From: Patescibacteria group bacterium
Lineage (GTDB): Bacteria; Patescibacteriota; Minisyncoccia; Phycocordibacterales; Phycocordibacteraceae
NCBI GenBank assembly: GCA_019752595.1
Contig: JAIELV010000001.1
Span: 120,486-184,485 of the forward strand
Length of the DNA: 64,000 nucleotides
Reading direction: 5' to 3'
Shown here: piece by piece, positions 18,075-27,053 of the stretch
Layout: each line of letters begins with the position of its first letter
How positions within the stretch are numbered: the first letter of the stretch is position 1
The notes under the pieces: model-generated
What the model saw: only the letters and a program-made list of their open reading frames with translations
What the model was told of the DNA's origin: nothing
Database searches by the model: none
Program-made: the position numbers and the translations under genes

Positions 18075-19091
18075 ATGTCATTCTTTGCGCCGAGATTGGG
18101 AATTGATTTGGGAACCACTACAACCCTCGTATTCGTTCCTGGGCGCGGAATTGTGTTGAATGAACCGTCAGTCGTCGCAGTTTCAGTCGGAGATAAAAAA
18201 ATTCTGGCAATCGGTGCAGACGCGAAAGAAATGATTGGGCGCACACCTGAGTCGATTATTGCGTATCGCCCGATGAAAGACGGCGTTATTGCAGACTACC
18301 GCGTGACTGAAGCAATGCTTCGGTACTACATACGGAAAGCATTAGGTTCGTGGAATCTTTTCAAGCCTGACGTCATTGTGTCGGTGCCTGCGGGCGTCTC
18401 ATCGACCGAGCGTCGTGCAGTTGTTGAGGCGGGAATAAAAGCGGGCGCGCGAAATGCATACGTTATTAAAGAACCAATCTTGGCCGCCATTGGCGCAGGT
18501 ATTCCGATTCATGAACCGCGCGGACACATGATTGCAGACGTGGGCGGGGGTACGATAGACGTGGCCGTTATTTCTTTGGGCGGCATCGTGGCCTCGACAA
18601 GCGTGAAATGTGCAGGGAACCGAATTGACCAAGCGATAGCCGATTACATAAAGAAGACGTATAACCTCGCTATCGGAGACAAAACCGCCGAGGATGTAAA
18701 GATTCAGATAGGCTCGGCAGTGCCCGTAGAGGAGGAACTGACTATGGCTATCAAAGGCCGCGACCTCTTGTCAGGTCTTCCGCGAACCGCCAATGTGTCG
18801 ACCAATGAAATCGTTCGTGCGATTGCGCGTGAATTGCGCGAGATGATTAAGGCAATCAGGAATGTGCTTCAGGAAACGCCACCCGAATTGGCAGCAGACA
18901 TTATCGATAAGGGCATCATTATGACTGGAGGCACTTCACAGCTTCGTCATTTTCCTGAGCTCGTGTTCAGACGGACGGGAGTGCACGCGGTTCTTGCCGA
19001 TGAAGCGCAATTTTGTGTCGCTAAAGGTACAGGTATTGCACTTGAACACCTCGAGACGTACAAGAAGACAATGACGACAAAGAGGGGTTAA
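18075..19091 (+). CDS. mreB: Rod shape-determining protein MreB (copy 1)
   Basis: GIDLGTTTTLVFVPGRGIVLNEPSVVA, DVGGGTIDVAVISLGG actin-fold motifs. Confidence 0.85.
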   Translation: MSFFAPRLGIDLGTTTTLVFVPGRGIVLNEPSVVAVSVGDKKILAIGADAKEMIGRTPESIIAYRPMKDGVIADYRVTEAMLRYYIRKALGSWNLFKPDVIVSVPAGVSSTERRAVVEAGIKAGARNAYVIKEPILAAIGAGIPIHEPRGHMIADVGGGTIDVAVISLGGIVASTSVKCAGNRIDQAIADYIKKTYNLAIGDKTAEDVKIQIGSAVPVEEELTMAIKGRDLLSGLPRTANVSTNEIVRAIARELREMIKAIRNVLQETPPELAADIIDKGIIMTGGTSQLRHFPELVFRRTGVHAVLADEAQFCVAKGTGIALEHLETYKKTMTTKRG

Positions 19092-19113
19092 TGGGCCGTG
19101 GTACACTTTTTTC

Positions 19114-19356
19114 ATGAATCAAAAGGGCAACATTGATGACCTTTTTACCGCTCGTACGTTTAAACAAAAAACTGATAGTGCGTTGCGCTACGCGGGTATT
19201 GCTGGGCTTTCCGTGCTCGCTTTGTGGGGCATGCGCTACAGCGCGATTGACGTGAATTCAGGGGTAAGTGAAGGTTTGGTGATACTGGGGGCAGGTTCTT
19301 TGGTTGCAAGTTTTTCCTCGCTCTTTTTTGGACTACGCTTTCCAGGAACCAAGTAG
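19114..19356 (+). CDS. Small membrane protein
   Basis: 80 aa, two TM segments. Confidence 0.35.
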   Translation: MNQKGNIDDLFTARTFKQKTDSALRYAGIAGLSVLALWGMRYSAIDVNSGVSEGLVILGAGSLVASFSSLFFGLRFPGTK

Positions 19357-19365
19357 CACGTATCT

Positions 19366-20037
19366 GTGAATATCAGTTCGCTTCAAAATATTTCTTCGCT
19401 CGCACACGCGTACATCGTCGTCGGCTCGATTGTCGAAACACGAACCGCGGTAATTAATCTCTTGCAAAAGCGGGGAGTCACGACGTTAGTAAATCCAGAT
19501 CTTTACGAATTTACCGCATCTGATTTTGCAGTTGATGATGCGCGTGCAGTTTCAAGCTTCGCGTCTTTAAAATCTCTGACGGGTGCAAAATATATTGTTC
19601 TTTCTATCAGTCGCGCCACGACGGAAGCACAAAATGCGCTTTTGAAAGTAGTCGAAGAAGCGCCTGGCAATTCAGTATTTTTCTTTATTGTTGAAAGTGC
19701 AGGGCATTTGTTGCCCACTATCCGTTCGCGTGCAATACAAATTTCGGGTGTTGTATCCGCGTCTTCAGAAGGCACTGAAGACGCGGAAAAATTCTTAAAG
19801 GACTCGTACGAATCACGTTTGTCACAGGTTGAAAAAATGACGAGCTACATTTCCAAAACCCAAGACCGCAACCCATCGCGCGCGTTTGTACGCTCATTGC
19901 TCTCAGTGACGAAAGACAAAAAATATTCTGCGCAGGCACTTCGCGATATTCTTGACGCAGAAAAATACATGCGTATGCAAGGCTCATCCGCAAAAGCTAT
20001 TCTTTCGCATTTGGCGGTTTCGCTTCCGCGTTCCTAA
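19366..20037 (+). CDS. holB: DNA polymerase III delta'-like subunit (HolB-like, degenerate P-loop)
   Basis: AHAYIVVG...AQNALLKVVEEAPGNSVFFFIVESAGHLLPTIRSRA matches the delta'/clamp-loader ANALLKTLEEPP...LPTIRSRC box. Confidence 0.6.
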   Translation: MNISSLQNISSLAHAYIVVGSIVETRTAVINLLQKRGVTTLVNPDLYEFTASDFAVDDARAVSSFASLKSLTGAKYIVLSISRATTEAQNALLKVVEEAPGNSVFFFIVESAGHLLPTIRSRAIQISGVVSASSEGTEDAEKFLKDSYESRLSQVEKMTSYISKTQDRNPSRAFVRSLLSVTKDKKYSAQALRDILDAEKYMRMQGSSAKAILSHLAVSLPRS

Positions 20038-20057
20038 CAGTTTGCTACAATTCGCGC

Positions 20058-20597
20058 ATGGCATACGATCTACATCAATTCAAGAAAGCAGGCACTGAAA
20101 AGCGCGACTGGCTTCAAACTGAGCTTCAGGGCTTGCGCACGGGACGCGCAACTCCCGCGCTTCTCGATACTATTACTGTTGACGTCTATGGTTCCCGAAT
20201 GAAGCTCTCTCAGGTGGCAGCAATTACCGTTGAGGATGCCCGTACGCTTTACGTGAACCCGTGGGACAAAGGACAGGTAAAAGATATTGAAAAGGCAATT
20301 ACCGTTGCTGATTTGGGTATATCCGCGGGTTCAGATGACAAAGGTGTTCGCGTGTCGTTTCCAGAGCTCACCGCAGAGCGCAGAGGACAGCTTATGAAGC
20401 TCGTGCGCGCAAAACTTGAGGAAGCCAGGGTTCAATTGAAAACCGCGCGCTCCAAGGCAATTTCGGATATTGAAAAGGGTGATGCATCGGAAGACGAACA
20501 AAAACGTCTGAAAAATGAAGTACAGAAAATAGTCGACGAAACCAACAAACTCCTCGAAGAAGTTGCTGATAAGAAAGAAAAAGAACTCGCATCATGA
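20058..20597 (+). CDS. frr: Ribosome recycling factor
   Basis: 179 aa; GLRTGRATPALLDTITVDVYG...LTAERRGQLMK. Confidence 0.9.
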   Translation: MAYDLHQFKKAGTEKRDWLQTELQGLRTGRATPALLDTITVDVYGSRMKLSQVAAITVEDARTLYVNPWDKGQVKDIEKAITVADLGISAGSDDKGVRVSFPELTAERRGQLMKLVRAKLEEARVQLKTARSKAISDIEKGDASEDEQKRLKNEVQKIVDETNKLLEEVADKKEKELAS

Positions 20598-21685
20598 GCA
20601 TACTTATATTCATTGTCATGCTCGTGGTTCTCATTGTCGGCCACGAGTTCGGTCACCTTATCGCAGCAAAACTCTCAGGTATGAAAGTTCCTGAGTTTGG
20701 TATTGGCTTTCCGCCAAAATTGTGGGGTAAAAAAATAGGCGATACGGAGTACACCATAAACGCGCTTCCGTTCGGCGGGTTTGTAAAAATAGTCGGCGAA
20801 GATGCCACCGAAAGCTCGAATGACCCCGCAGCGTTTTCAAATCGTCCGAAAATTGCGCAGGCACTCACGCTTTTCGCAGGTCCGTTTTCAAACGTCATTC
20901 TCGGTTTTGTATTTTTCACTCTCGCATTCATGTCGGGTATTCCCACAGCGCTTGAATCTTCGGAATACGCAGGAAGACTTACCAATGAACGTATTGTGAT
21001 TGCTGAAGTACTCCCTGGAAGCCCCGCAGACGAGGCAGGAATACAAGCAGGGGATCGTGTGGTTTCTATTTTTGCAAACAACGTTGAAACCCCGATAGAA
21101 AAGCCAGAAATGATTGCTGGTCTGATTGCGAGTGCCACAGGTGACGTGCAGATGACTGTGCTCAGAAATGAAGTTGAGGTTCAGATTACCGCTACACCCG
21201 AAAAAGGACTGATAGCTGAAGAGCCCGAACGACAGGCACTTGGTATCGCGTCTGCTTTGGTGGGCACGCTCCAGCTTCCGTTTTTTGAAGCAGTTGCGAA
21301 AGGCTTCTTAGAAACTATAGAAAAAACGCAGGCAATTGTAGTTGGTATGGGGCAGTTAATAGCTTCCGCTGTCACACTCTCAGCAGATGTAAAAAATATT
21401 GCTGGCCCCGTAGGAATCGCGTCTCTTGCAGGAGATGCAGCAAATTTTGGATTTGGCTCAATACTTTCTTTTGCTGCACTTATTTCTTTAAACCTCGCTG
21501 TTTTGAATCTTCTCCCATTCCCCGCTTTGGATGGGGGACGCTTGGCGTTTCTTGCGGTTGAAACCGTTATTCGTCGTCCGATTCCTATTGCGATTGCGAA
21601 TACGTTGAATACTATCGGTTTCGCAATCCTCATTCTTCTGATGCTTGCAGTAACGGCAAACGATATCTTCAAACTCTTCGTCTAA
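20594..21685 (+). CDS. rseP: RIP metalloprotease RseP (site-2 protease) with PDZ
   Basis: HEFGHLIAAK zinc motif, PDZ segment, LNLLPFPALDGG. Confidence 0.85.
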   Translation: MSILIFIVMLVVLIVGHEFGHLIAAKLSGMKVPEFGIGFPPKLWGKKIGDTEYTINALPFGGFVKIVGEDATESSNDPAAFSNRPKIAQALTLFAGPFSNVILGFVFFTLAFMSGIPTALESSEYAGRLTNERIVIAEVLPGSPADEAGIQAGDRVVSIFANNVETPIEKPEMIAGLIASATGDVQMTVLRNEVEVQITATPEKGLIAEEPERQALGIASALVGTLQLPFFEAVAKGFLETIEKTQAIVVGMGQLIASAVTLSADVKNIAGPVGIASLAGDAANFGFGSILSFAALISLNLAVLNLLPFPALDGGRLAFLAVETVIRRPIPIAIANTLNTIGFAILILLMLAVTANDIFKLFV

Positions 21686-21692
21686 CCAGTTT

Positions 21693-21714
21693 GTGCTATA
21701 CTTAGTATAGCACT
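21693..21714. promoter_or_regulatory. Palindromic extended -10-like motif TGTGCTATACTTAGTATAGCAC (copy 1 of 3)
   Basis: Near-identical copies at 47894..47916 and 55467..55489; contains TGnTATACT. Confidence 0.5.
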
Positions 21715-21725
21715 TCGCTTTTGGT

Positions 21726-22130
21726 ATGTCTGAGAATCGAACTCGCGCACTTCTCTCGGCATCGCTTCTTTTTGGTGTTTCGGCCTGCGCAACGTCTCCT
21801 AACCACTCCGAAGCAGTACTCGATGCGTATTACGCTCGGGTAACGGAACGCAGAGCGTTCGTTGCTGGGTACACTCGTACACTCGCGCTGTCTGATTTAC
21901 TTGAAGTTGGTGAGTGCCAGACTATGGATTCCGTTCCTGTTATATCTGCCGAACCTCCACGCGTTGGTCCAACACTCCGACAAAGATTTAGAGCCGTACG
22001 GCTTTCCGCAGTTGAAACGCAGGCAGCATATACGCACTATCGCTATTTGTGTGCTCTAGGTGAGGGGGAACTTTCTCGTACGCGTATACCAATTCCATCA
22101 GAATCAGATCCAGAGCGTGACCCCGAATAG
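21726..22130 (+). CDS. Hypothetical secreted/lipoprotein-like protein
   Basis: 134 aa with signal peptide and Cys near the cleavage site. Confidence 0.4.
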   Translation: MSENRTRALLSASLLFGVSACATSPNHSEAVLDAYYARVTERRAFVAGYTRTLALSDLLEVGECQTMDSVPVISAEPPRVGPTLRQRFRAVRLSAVETQAAYTHYRYLCALGEGELSRTRIPIPSESDPERDPE

Positions 22131-22164
22131 CACGCTGTTCATGAGGCTCTGTAAACGGCCGAGT

Positions 22165-22198
22165 TTCCGTCTGTGATAACTGATATGATATATCATAT
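22165..22198. promoter_or_regulatory. Perfect 34-nt palindrome tgataactgatatgata|tatcatatcagttatca
   Basis: Shares the core CTGATATGATATATCATATCAG with 57403..57440. Confidence 0.5.
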
Positions 22199-22215
22199 CA
22201 GTTATCACTTGTACT

Positions 22216-22257
22216 AATACTTACTAAGAGTATCTGTTTAAGAGTATTTATAAGAGT
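22216..22257 (+). repeat. Three direct repeats of TAAGAGTAT (iteron-like) upstream of the promoter
   Basis: taagagtatctgtt / taagagtattta / taagagtatctgtg. Confidence 0.5.
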
Positions 22258-22276
22258 ATCTGTGCGCATAGAGGGA

Positions 22277-22304
22277 TTGACTTTTTGTTTTTAGGGTCTA
22301 CTAT
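22277..22304 (+). promoter_or_regulatory. Sigma70-like promoter TTGACT-N16-TACTAT
   Basis: Near-consensus -35 and -10 with 16-nt spacer. Confidence 0.5.
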
Positions 22305-22314
22305 GAAAAAAGTT

Positions 22315-22545
22315 GAATAAAAGCGCCAGAGTAAGGTATCCCGCCTTACGAAGCTGCAGGTCGGAAGTCGAAAGACCAAAACCTGACGGAAAGGAACCGT
22401 AAAAACAGCCTAAAGTGTGTCATCCGAAAGGAAGGAGCACTGAGAAGCCTCAGAGACACGCCGGTAAGGCGTTTTCTTTTTAGAAGGCTATAGCAGGGTG
22501 GTACCACGAGAAACCGCTCGTCCCTGTGTTTCGACGTCGAATCGG
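22315..22545 (+). promoter_or_regulatory. Structured leader RNA with a T-box-like antiterminator (AGGGUGGUACC bulge) preceded by a stem-III-like hairpin
   Basis: 22493..22527: CAGGG-UGGUACC-ACGAG(AAACCG)CUCGU-CCCUG reproduces the T-box helix A1 / 7-nt bulge / helix A2 geometry and the AGGGUGGNACCGCG consensus (12/14); hairpin acgccggtaaggcgu plus U-run precedes it. Confidence 0.45.
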
Positions 22546-22565
22546 AAACGGCAAATTTAACTCGT

Positions 22566-22841
22566 ATGTGGGAAAGAAGTATCCTAGAGCGAGGCACAGT
22601 ACAACGAACGCGGGCATATCTAAATTCACGATATGACCTAAATGCTTTGTATCGTTCTCGCCTCTCAAAACTAAGCACCCTTGCATCGTGGGCTCTGAGG
22701 GAGCATGGTGAGTCTTCGAAAATATTTGTAGACACAACAAAAGCTATAGCTTCACTTATCGCCAAGCAAAGAAGAGCAGATAAAGAAATAACAAAAGTAC
22801 AAGGGAAATTACTAGAAAGACAGAGTGGTGAAAAATATTAA
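22566..22841 (+). CDS. Hypothetical protein (atypical codon usage)
   Basis: 91 aa; weak RBS; rich in cta/ata/aga codons; could be non-coding. Confidence 0.25.
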   Translation: MWERSILERGTVQRTRAYLNSRYDLNALYRSRLSKLSTLASWALREHGESSKIFVDTTKAIASLIAKQRRADKEITKVQGKLLERQSGEKY

Positions 22842-22853
22842 TGTCATTACATT

Positions 22854-23105
22854 ATGATTAACGGAAAAAACCTTGAGAAGGTTCGTTGGTCCAGCACAGG
22901 ATTGCGCCTTCGCAAATTCCTTGAAGTTGATACAACTCTCGAGCAAGAAATAAGGGAGGCGGAATTGGGCGGTGCTCGTGCAGTTCTCTTACGTGGTCAC
23001 CATTCAGATGTGGCGGGAGCGAATAGAGCACACGTCACCGAACTGTATGCCAAACGAAATCGGGTAGCCGCCATCGTCGAGCGGTTACGTTCACGTGTAG
23101 GTTAA
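22854..23105 (+). CDS. Hypothetical protein
   Basis: 83-aa ORF with plausible codon usage. Confidence 0.35.
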   Translation: MINGKNLEKVRWSSTGLRLRKFLEVDTTLEQEIREAELGGARAVLLRGHHSDVAGANRAHVTELYAKRNRVAAIVERLRSRVG

Positions 23106-23141
23106 TTCTCGTACGTAAAAATAAATTCTAGATTAATTAGT

Positions 23142-23381
23142 ATGGGAGAAATAAAAAAAGAAAAAACAGACCGTGTCATGGGTCGTGGCGACTTTGATGA
23201 CGATATTGAGGCTGCCGAAATGGCCGCACGCATCGAGGCAATGACCGAAGAAGAAGCAAAACAGTGGCTTTTGACGGAAGGAGGTTATACCGAAACACAG
23301 CTGAATGATGCACTTGCACGAACGGATGGTTTCATTTTCGATCTTATTTACAAAGACGACCCTAATAAAGGAAATGCATAA
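23142..23381 (+). CDS. Hypothetical acidic protein
   Basis: 79 aa; AT-rich leader. Confidence 0.35.
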   Translation: MGEIKKEKTDRVMGRGDFDDDIEAAEMAARIEAMTEEEAKQWLLTEGGYTETQLNDALARTDGFIFDLIYKDDPNKGNA

Positions 23382-23382
23382 C

Positions 23383-23712
23383 ATGACCACATTTCAAGAT
23401 TTTGAAAAAATCGAAATTCGCGTCGGTACAGTCGTCGCTGTAAGCGACTTTCCTGAAGCGAGGAAACCTGCATACAAGCTGGATATAGACCTCGGTCCTC
23501 TCGGGGTAAAAAGGTCGAGCGCTCAAATCACGCACCTGTATTCAAAAGACGAATTGATTGGAAAACGGGTCATCTGCGTTACCAATATAGGCATCCGAAA
23601 AATAGGGTCCTTTGAATCGGAGGTTTTGACGACAGGGTTTTACCGCGAAGACGGTTCTGTTGTTTTGGCCGTACCAGACAAAGATATACCAAACGGCGCT
23701 CGTTTGGGCTGA
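23383..23712 (+). CDS. csaA: CsaA/Trbp111-like tRNA-binding domain protein
   Basis: FEKIEIRVGTVVAVSDFPEARKPAYKLDIDLGP...RVICVTNI matches the OB-fold tRNA-binding (MetRS C-terminal-like) domain. Confidence 0.7.
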   Translation: MTTFQDFEKIEIRVGTVVAVSDFPEARKPAYKLDIDLGPLGVKRSSAQITHLYSKDELIGKRVICVTNIGIRKIGSFESEVLTTGFYREDGSVVLAVPDKDIPNGARLG

Positions 23713-23749
23713 TTGCCCTTACAAGACGAAGCCTTATAATGAGCACACT

Positions 23750-25006
23750 ATGCGCCAGTCTCACTTATTCACAAAAACACGGAAAGAATCTCCAAAAGAT
23801 GAGATTTCGCAGAATGCGCAACTTCTGATTCGTGGCGGATACATCCACAAAGAAATGGCGGGTGCATACGACTTGCTTCCGCTCGGACTTCGCGTATTTG
23901 AAAAGATAAAACAAATTATTCGCGAAGAAATGAACGCGCTCGGTGGTCAGGAAGTTTCTTTTACCGCGCTTCAAGATCCTGAGTTGTGGAAAGAAACGAA
24001 TCGCTGGAAAGGAGAAGCGGTTGATGAAGTCTGGTTTAAAACAGAATTGAACGGAGGTACGCAGGTCGGCTTGGGTTTTACACATGAAGAGCCGATGACG
24101 CGCGTGATGAAAAATCATATCTCGTCATACCGCGATTTACCAAGGTACACGTATCAGTTTCAAACGAAGTTTCGAAATGAGCTTCGTGCGAAATCTGGCA
24201 TCATGCGCGGACGCGAGTTTTTGATGAAAGATTTTTACTCGTTTAATCGCTCGGATGCGGAGCTTGAGGTCTTTTACGAAGAAGCAGGTGCAGCCTATCT
24301 GAATGTGTTTCGAAGGGTCGGTATCGGAGATTTTACCTACTTAACCTTTGCCTCAGGCGGTGTGTTTTCAAAGTTCAGTCACGAGTTTCAGTGCGTCTCG
24401 ACCGCAGGCGAGGACACCATATATATAGATACGGATAAGCGCATTGCCGTGAATTATGAGGTCATGAGTGACGATATTCTCCGTGATTTAGGTATTTCTA
24501 AGGAGGCATTGGTAGAGGCGAAAGCAATTGAGGTTGGAAACATTTTTAAACTCGGCACCAGATTCTCAGAACCGCTCGGCTTAACCTTTAAAGACGAAGA
24601 CGGAGTCGATAAGCCAGTGGTCATGGGTTCGTACGGTATCGGCATTGGACGCCTCATGGGTACGATTGTTGAAGTGTTGTGCGATGAAAAGGGAATTGTG
24701 TGGCCTGAATCGGTTGCACCATTTACGATTCATTTGGTTGAACTATCGCAAGGGGATGAAAAAATTCGCGCGTATGCCGACAAACTGTATGAAGATTTAA
24801 CCGTAGCTGGCATTGAAGTTTTGTACGATGATCGCGATATGCGCGCGGGAGAAAAATTTGCCGACTCTGATTTGCTGGGTATTCCGCACCGTGTGGTTGT
24901 CGGGAAGACAACAACTGATTCTGCAATTGAGGTCGTGCGTAGGAAGAACGGGAATAAAGGGGTTGTGACGAGAGAAAAACTGCTTGCGGGAATCTATCAT
25001 GCTTAG
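23750..25006 (+). CDS. proS: Prolyl-tRNA synthetase
   Basis: Class II motifs (FRNELRAKSGIMRGREFLMKDFYSF; GSYGIGIGRL), anticodon-binding C-terminal domain; start at MRQSH. Confidence 0.85.
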   Translation: MRQSHLFTKTRKESPKDEISQNAQLLIRGGYIHKEMAGAYDLLPLGLRVFEKIKQIIREEMNALGGQEVSFTALQDPELWKETNRWKGEAVDEVWFKTELNGGTQVGLGFTHEEPMTRVMKNHISSYRDLPRYTYQFQTKFRNELRAKSGIMRGREFLMKDFYSFNRSDAELEVFYEEAGAAYLNVFRRVGIGDFTYLTFASGGVFSKFSHEFQCVSTAGEDTIYIDTDKRIAVNYEVMSDDILRDLGISKEALVEAKAIEVGNIFKLGTRFSEPLGLTFKDEDGVDKPVVMGSYGIGIGRLMGTIVEVLCDEKGIVWPESVAPFTIHLVELSQGDEKIRAYADKLYEDLTVAGIEVLYDDRDMRAGEKFADSDLLGIPHRVVVGKTTTDSAIEVVRRKNGNKGVVTREKLLAGIYHA

Positions 25007-26057
25007 AATTCCACGAAACATTGCAGAGCGCTTTTCACGCGATATCGGGATTGATCTAGGCACCGCAAATACACTTGTGTACCTGAAAGGGAAAGGAATT
25101 GTGATTACCGAACCATCGGTTGTTGCGGTGAACACAAAAACAGGTCAGGTGGTTGCCGTTGGAGCGCAGGCGAAAGACATGCTCGGAAGAACCCCTGCAC
25201 ACATCAATGCAGTACGACCGCTTGTCGAAGGTGTTATTTCTGATTTCGAAGTAACTGAAGAAATGCTTCGCTACTTAGTGCAAAAAGCACAAGGCTCACA
25301 GCCCCCGCTCGGTCCTCGTGTGGTGATTGGTGTGCCGTCAGGAATTACGAATGTTGAGATACGAGCAGTACGGGATGCTGCAAAAAATGCAGGCGCACGC
25401 GAAGTGTTGATTGTCGAGGAACCAATGGCTGCTGCAATTGGCGCGAGGCTTCCTGTGCACGAAGCAGTTGGCACCATGCTCATAGATATCGGCGGAGGCA
25501 CGACCGACATTGCGCTCATTGCGCTTGGCGGCATTGTGCGTTCAAAGAATGTGCGTGTTGCTGGCGACACGTTGAATCAGGACATTGCAAGCTATATCAG
25601 AAGTGAATTTAAAATCTTAATTGGCGACCGTACTGCGGAGGATGTGAAGATTGCCGTCGGTACTGTGGTGAAACCCATAGTGCCTCTTCAAACTACAATT
25701 CGCGGACGTGATTTGGTTACAGGACTTCCACGAGAGATCGTGATTACCGATGCTGACGTGCGGGAAGCGATTTCCAGTTCCGTTGCGTCAGTTATTGAGG
25801 CAGTAAAAGAGGTTATTGAAACCGCACCTCCTGAAGTGGTAGCAGACGTCATGCGACAAGGTGTCTACGTGACTGGTGGCGGTGCATTGCTACGCGGGCT
25901 TCCAGAGCTTTTAGCGCAGGAATTGAAGGTACCGATTCATGTGGTCGATGATCCGCTGACAACCGTGGTTCGTGGTACGGGGCTTATTTTGGAGGATGTG
26001 GAGAAATATCGCCAAGTTCTTGTTGATGATGATGATGGGTCGTTCGCAAGCTTCTAA
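24999..26057 (+). CDS. mreB: MreB paralog (copy 2), heads an mreBCD-pbp2 cluster
   Basis: GIDLGTANTLVYLKGKGIVITEPSVVA; start ATG overlaps the proS stop (ATGCTTAG). Confidence 0.8.
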   Translation: MLRIPRNIAERFSRDIGIDLGTANTLVYLKGKGIVITEPSVVAVNTKTGQVVAVGAQAKDMLGRTPAHINAVRPLVEGVISDFEVTEEMLRYLVQKAQGSQPPLGPRVVIGVPSGITNVEIRAVRDAAKNAGAREVLIVEEPMAAAIGARLPVHEAVGTMLIDIGGGTTDIALIALGGIVRSKNVRVAGDTLNQDIASYIRSEFKILIGDRTAEDVKIAVGTVVKPIVPLQTTIRGRDLVTGLPREIVITDADVREAISSSVASVIEAVKEVIETAPPEVVADVMRQGVYVTGGGALLRGLPELLAQELKVPIHVVDDPLTTVVRGTGLILEDVEKYRQVLVDDDDGSFASF

Positions 26058-26787
26058 TATACAGGCGCTTCCTGCGCTTCTCGGTGTCCTATTTTTAGGC
26101 GTCGTAGTGTTTTTTGCGATGAATTTTCAAGCGCCTGTTCGCGCTTTCTTTGCGGAATTTCTCGCAACTCCCACACCCGAATACGCGTCACTGTCACGAA
26201 GTGAGTTAGAAAATCGGCTACAAGAAGCAGAGGAAAAAGTAACACGCACAGAATATCAAAGTGTTCTATATGGATTAGTTGTTGAGGAGAATAAAAAACT
26301 GCGAGAAGTGCGAGGCGTGGAAAGCATTAGCACCGCAATTCCCGCGCGCGTTTTGTCGCGCCCGCCGCGCACCCATTACGATACGCTCATGGTGGCGGCG
26401 GGGAGTGCTGTAGGTGTGTCAGCGCATGATTACGCCGTTTGGAACGGCATTCTTTTGGGTGAAGTAATTTCAACTACAGCCTCATCGGCAACTATTGAAT
26501 TGTACTCAACTCCTGGATCTGAACATGACGTGGTTTTAGGAACACCAAGTGCCGTTGCGATTTCACGCGGATTAGGAGGAGGCTCTTTTGAAATTATGGT
26601 TCCGCAGGAAGTGGTAGTGGTGCCAGGAGATGTAGTGCGCGCAACGACCGATGAAACACTTCTTTTTGGAGTGGTAGTTTCTGTCTCAGGAAGCGCAACC
26701 GACGCAACCAAAACCGTGCACGTTGCGAGCCCCGTTTCTATGAACGAGCTAGATTTTATTTCGCTGTTGCCAGCTGGCGGTATATGA
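26026..26787 (+). CDS. mreC: Rod shape-determining protein MreC
   Basis: N-terminal TM, coiled-coil (ELENRLQEAEEKV), beta-rich C-terminal domain; position after mreB. Confidence 0.6.
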   Translation: MMMMGRSQASNIQALPALLGVLFLGVVVFFAMNFQAPVRAFFAEFLATPTPEYASLSRSELENRLQEAEEKVTRTEYQSVLYGLVVEENKKLREVRGVESISTAIPARVLSRPPRTHYDTLMVAAGSAVGVSAHDYAVWNGILLGEVISTTASSATIELYSTPGSEHDVVLGTPSAVAISRGLGGGSFEIMVPQEVVVVPGDVVRATTDETLLFGVVVSVSGSATDATKTVHVASPVSMNELDFISLLPAGGI

Positions 26788-27047
26788 ATGGTCTAAATAA
26801 ATTTCTTTTCATCATCTCGTTTTTCCTCTCGGTGCTTTTTTTACCATGGTGGGTAAGCGTCTTTTTTGGAGTGGTCTTGCTTGCGGTGTGGAGAGCATAC
26901 GTATCTGTCATTCTGGGAGCGATTATTCTCGATGTAGTTTTTGGAAGTCCCTTGGCAGTATTCGGAGGTTTTGCGTATGTATACACACTCATATTCGTGA
27001 CGCTGTCTGTGCTCGTGCTCTTTTTGCACAAGGCAATGTTAGAGTGA
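26784..27047 (+). CDS. mreD: MreD-like small membrane protein
   Basis: 87 aa, three TM segments, between mreC and pbp2. Confidence 0.5.
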   Translation: MNGLNKFLFIISFFLSVLFLPWWVSVFFGVVLLAVWRAYVSVILGAIILDVVFGSPLAVFGGFAYVYTLIFVTLSVLVLFLHKAMLE

Positions 27048-27053
27048 TAGCCC

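Noticed and set aside
22165-22198. oriC/DnaA-box cluster (TTATCAC in the palindrome arms)
   Set aside because: Only 7/9 match to the TTATCCACA consensus, only two copies forming one palindrome, no dnaA or dnaN nearby; better explained as an operator or extended -10 palindrome.
22338-22476. SRP RNA (ffs) candidate because of GUCAUCC-GAAA-GGAAGGAGCAC resembling domain IV
   Set aside because: The 3' side continues into its own CUGAG-AAGC-CUCAG hairpin rather than pairing back as SRP helix 8. The overall fold is a multi-helix leader, and the downstream AGGGUGGUACC element fits a T-box much better.
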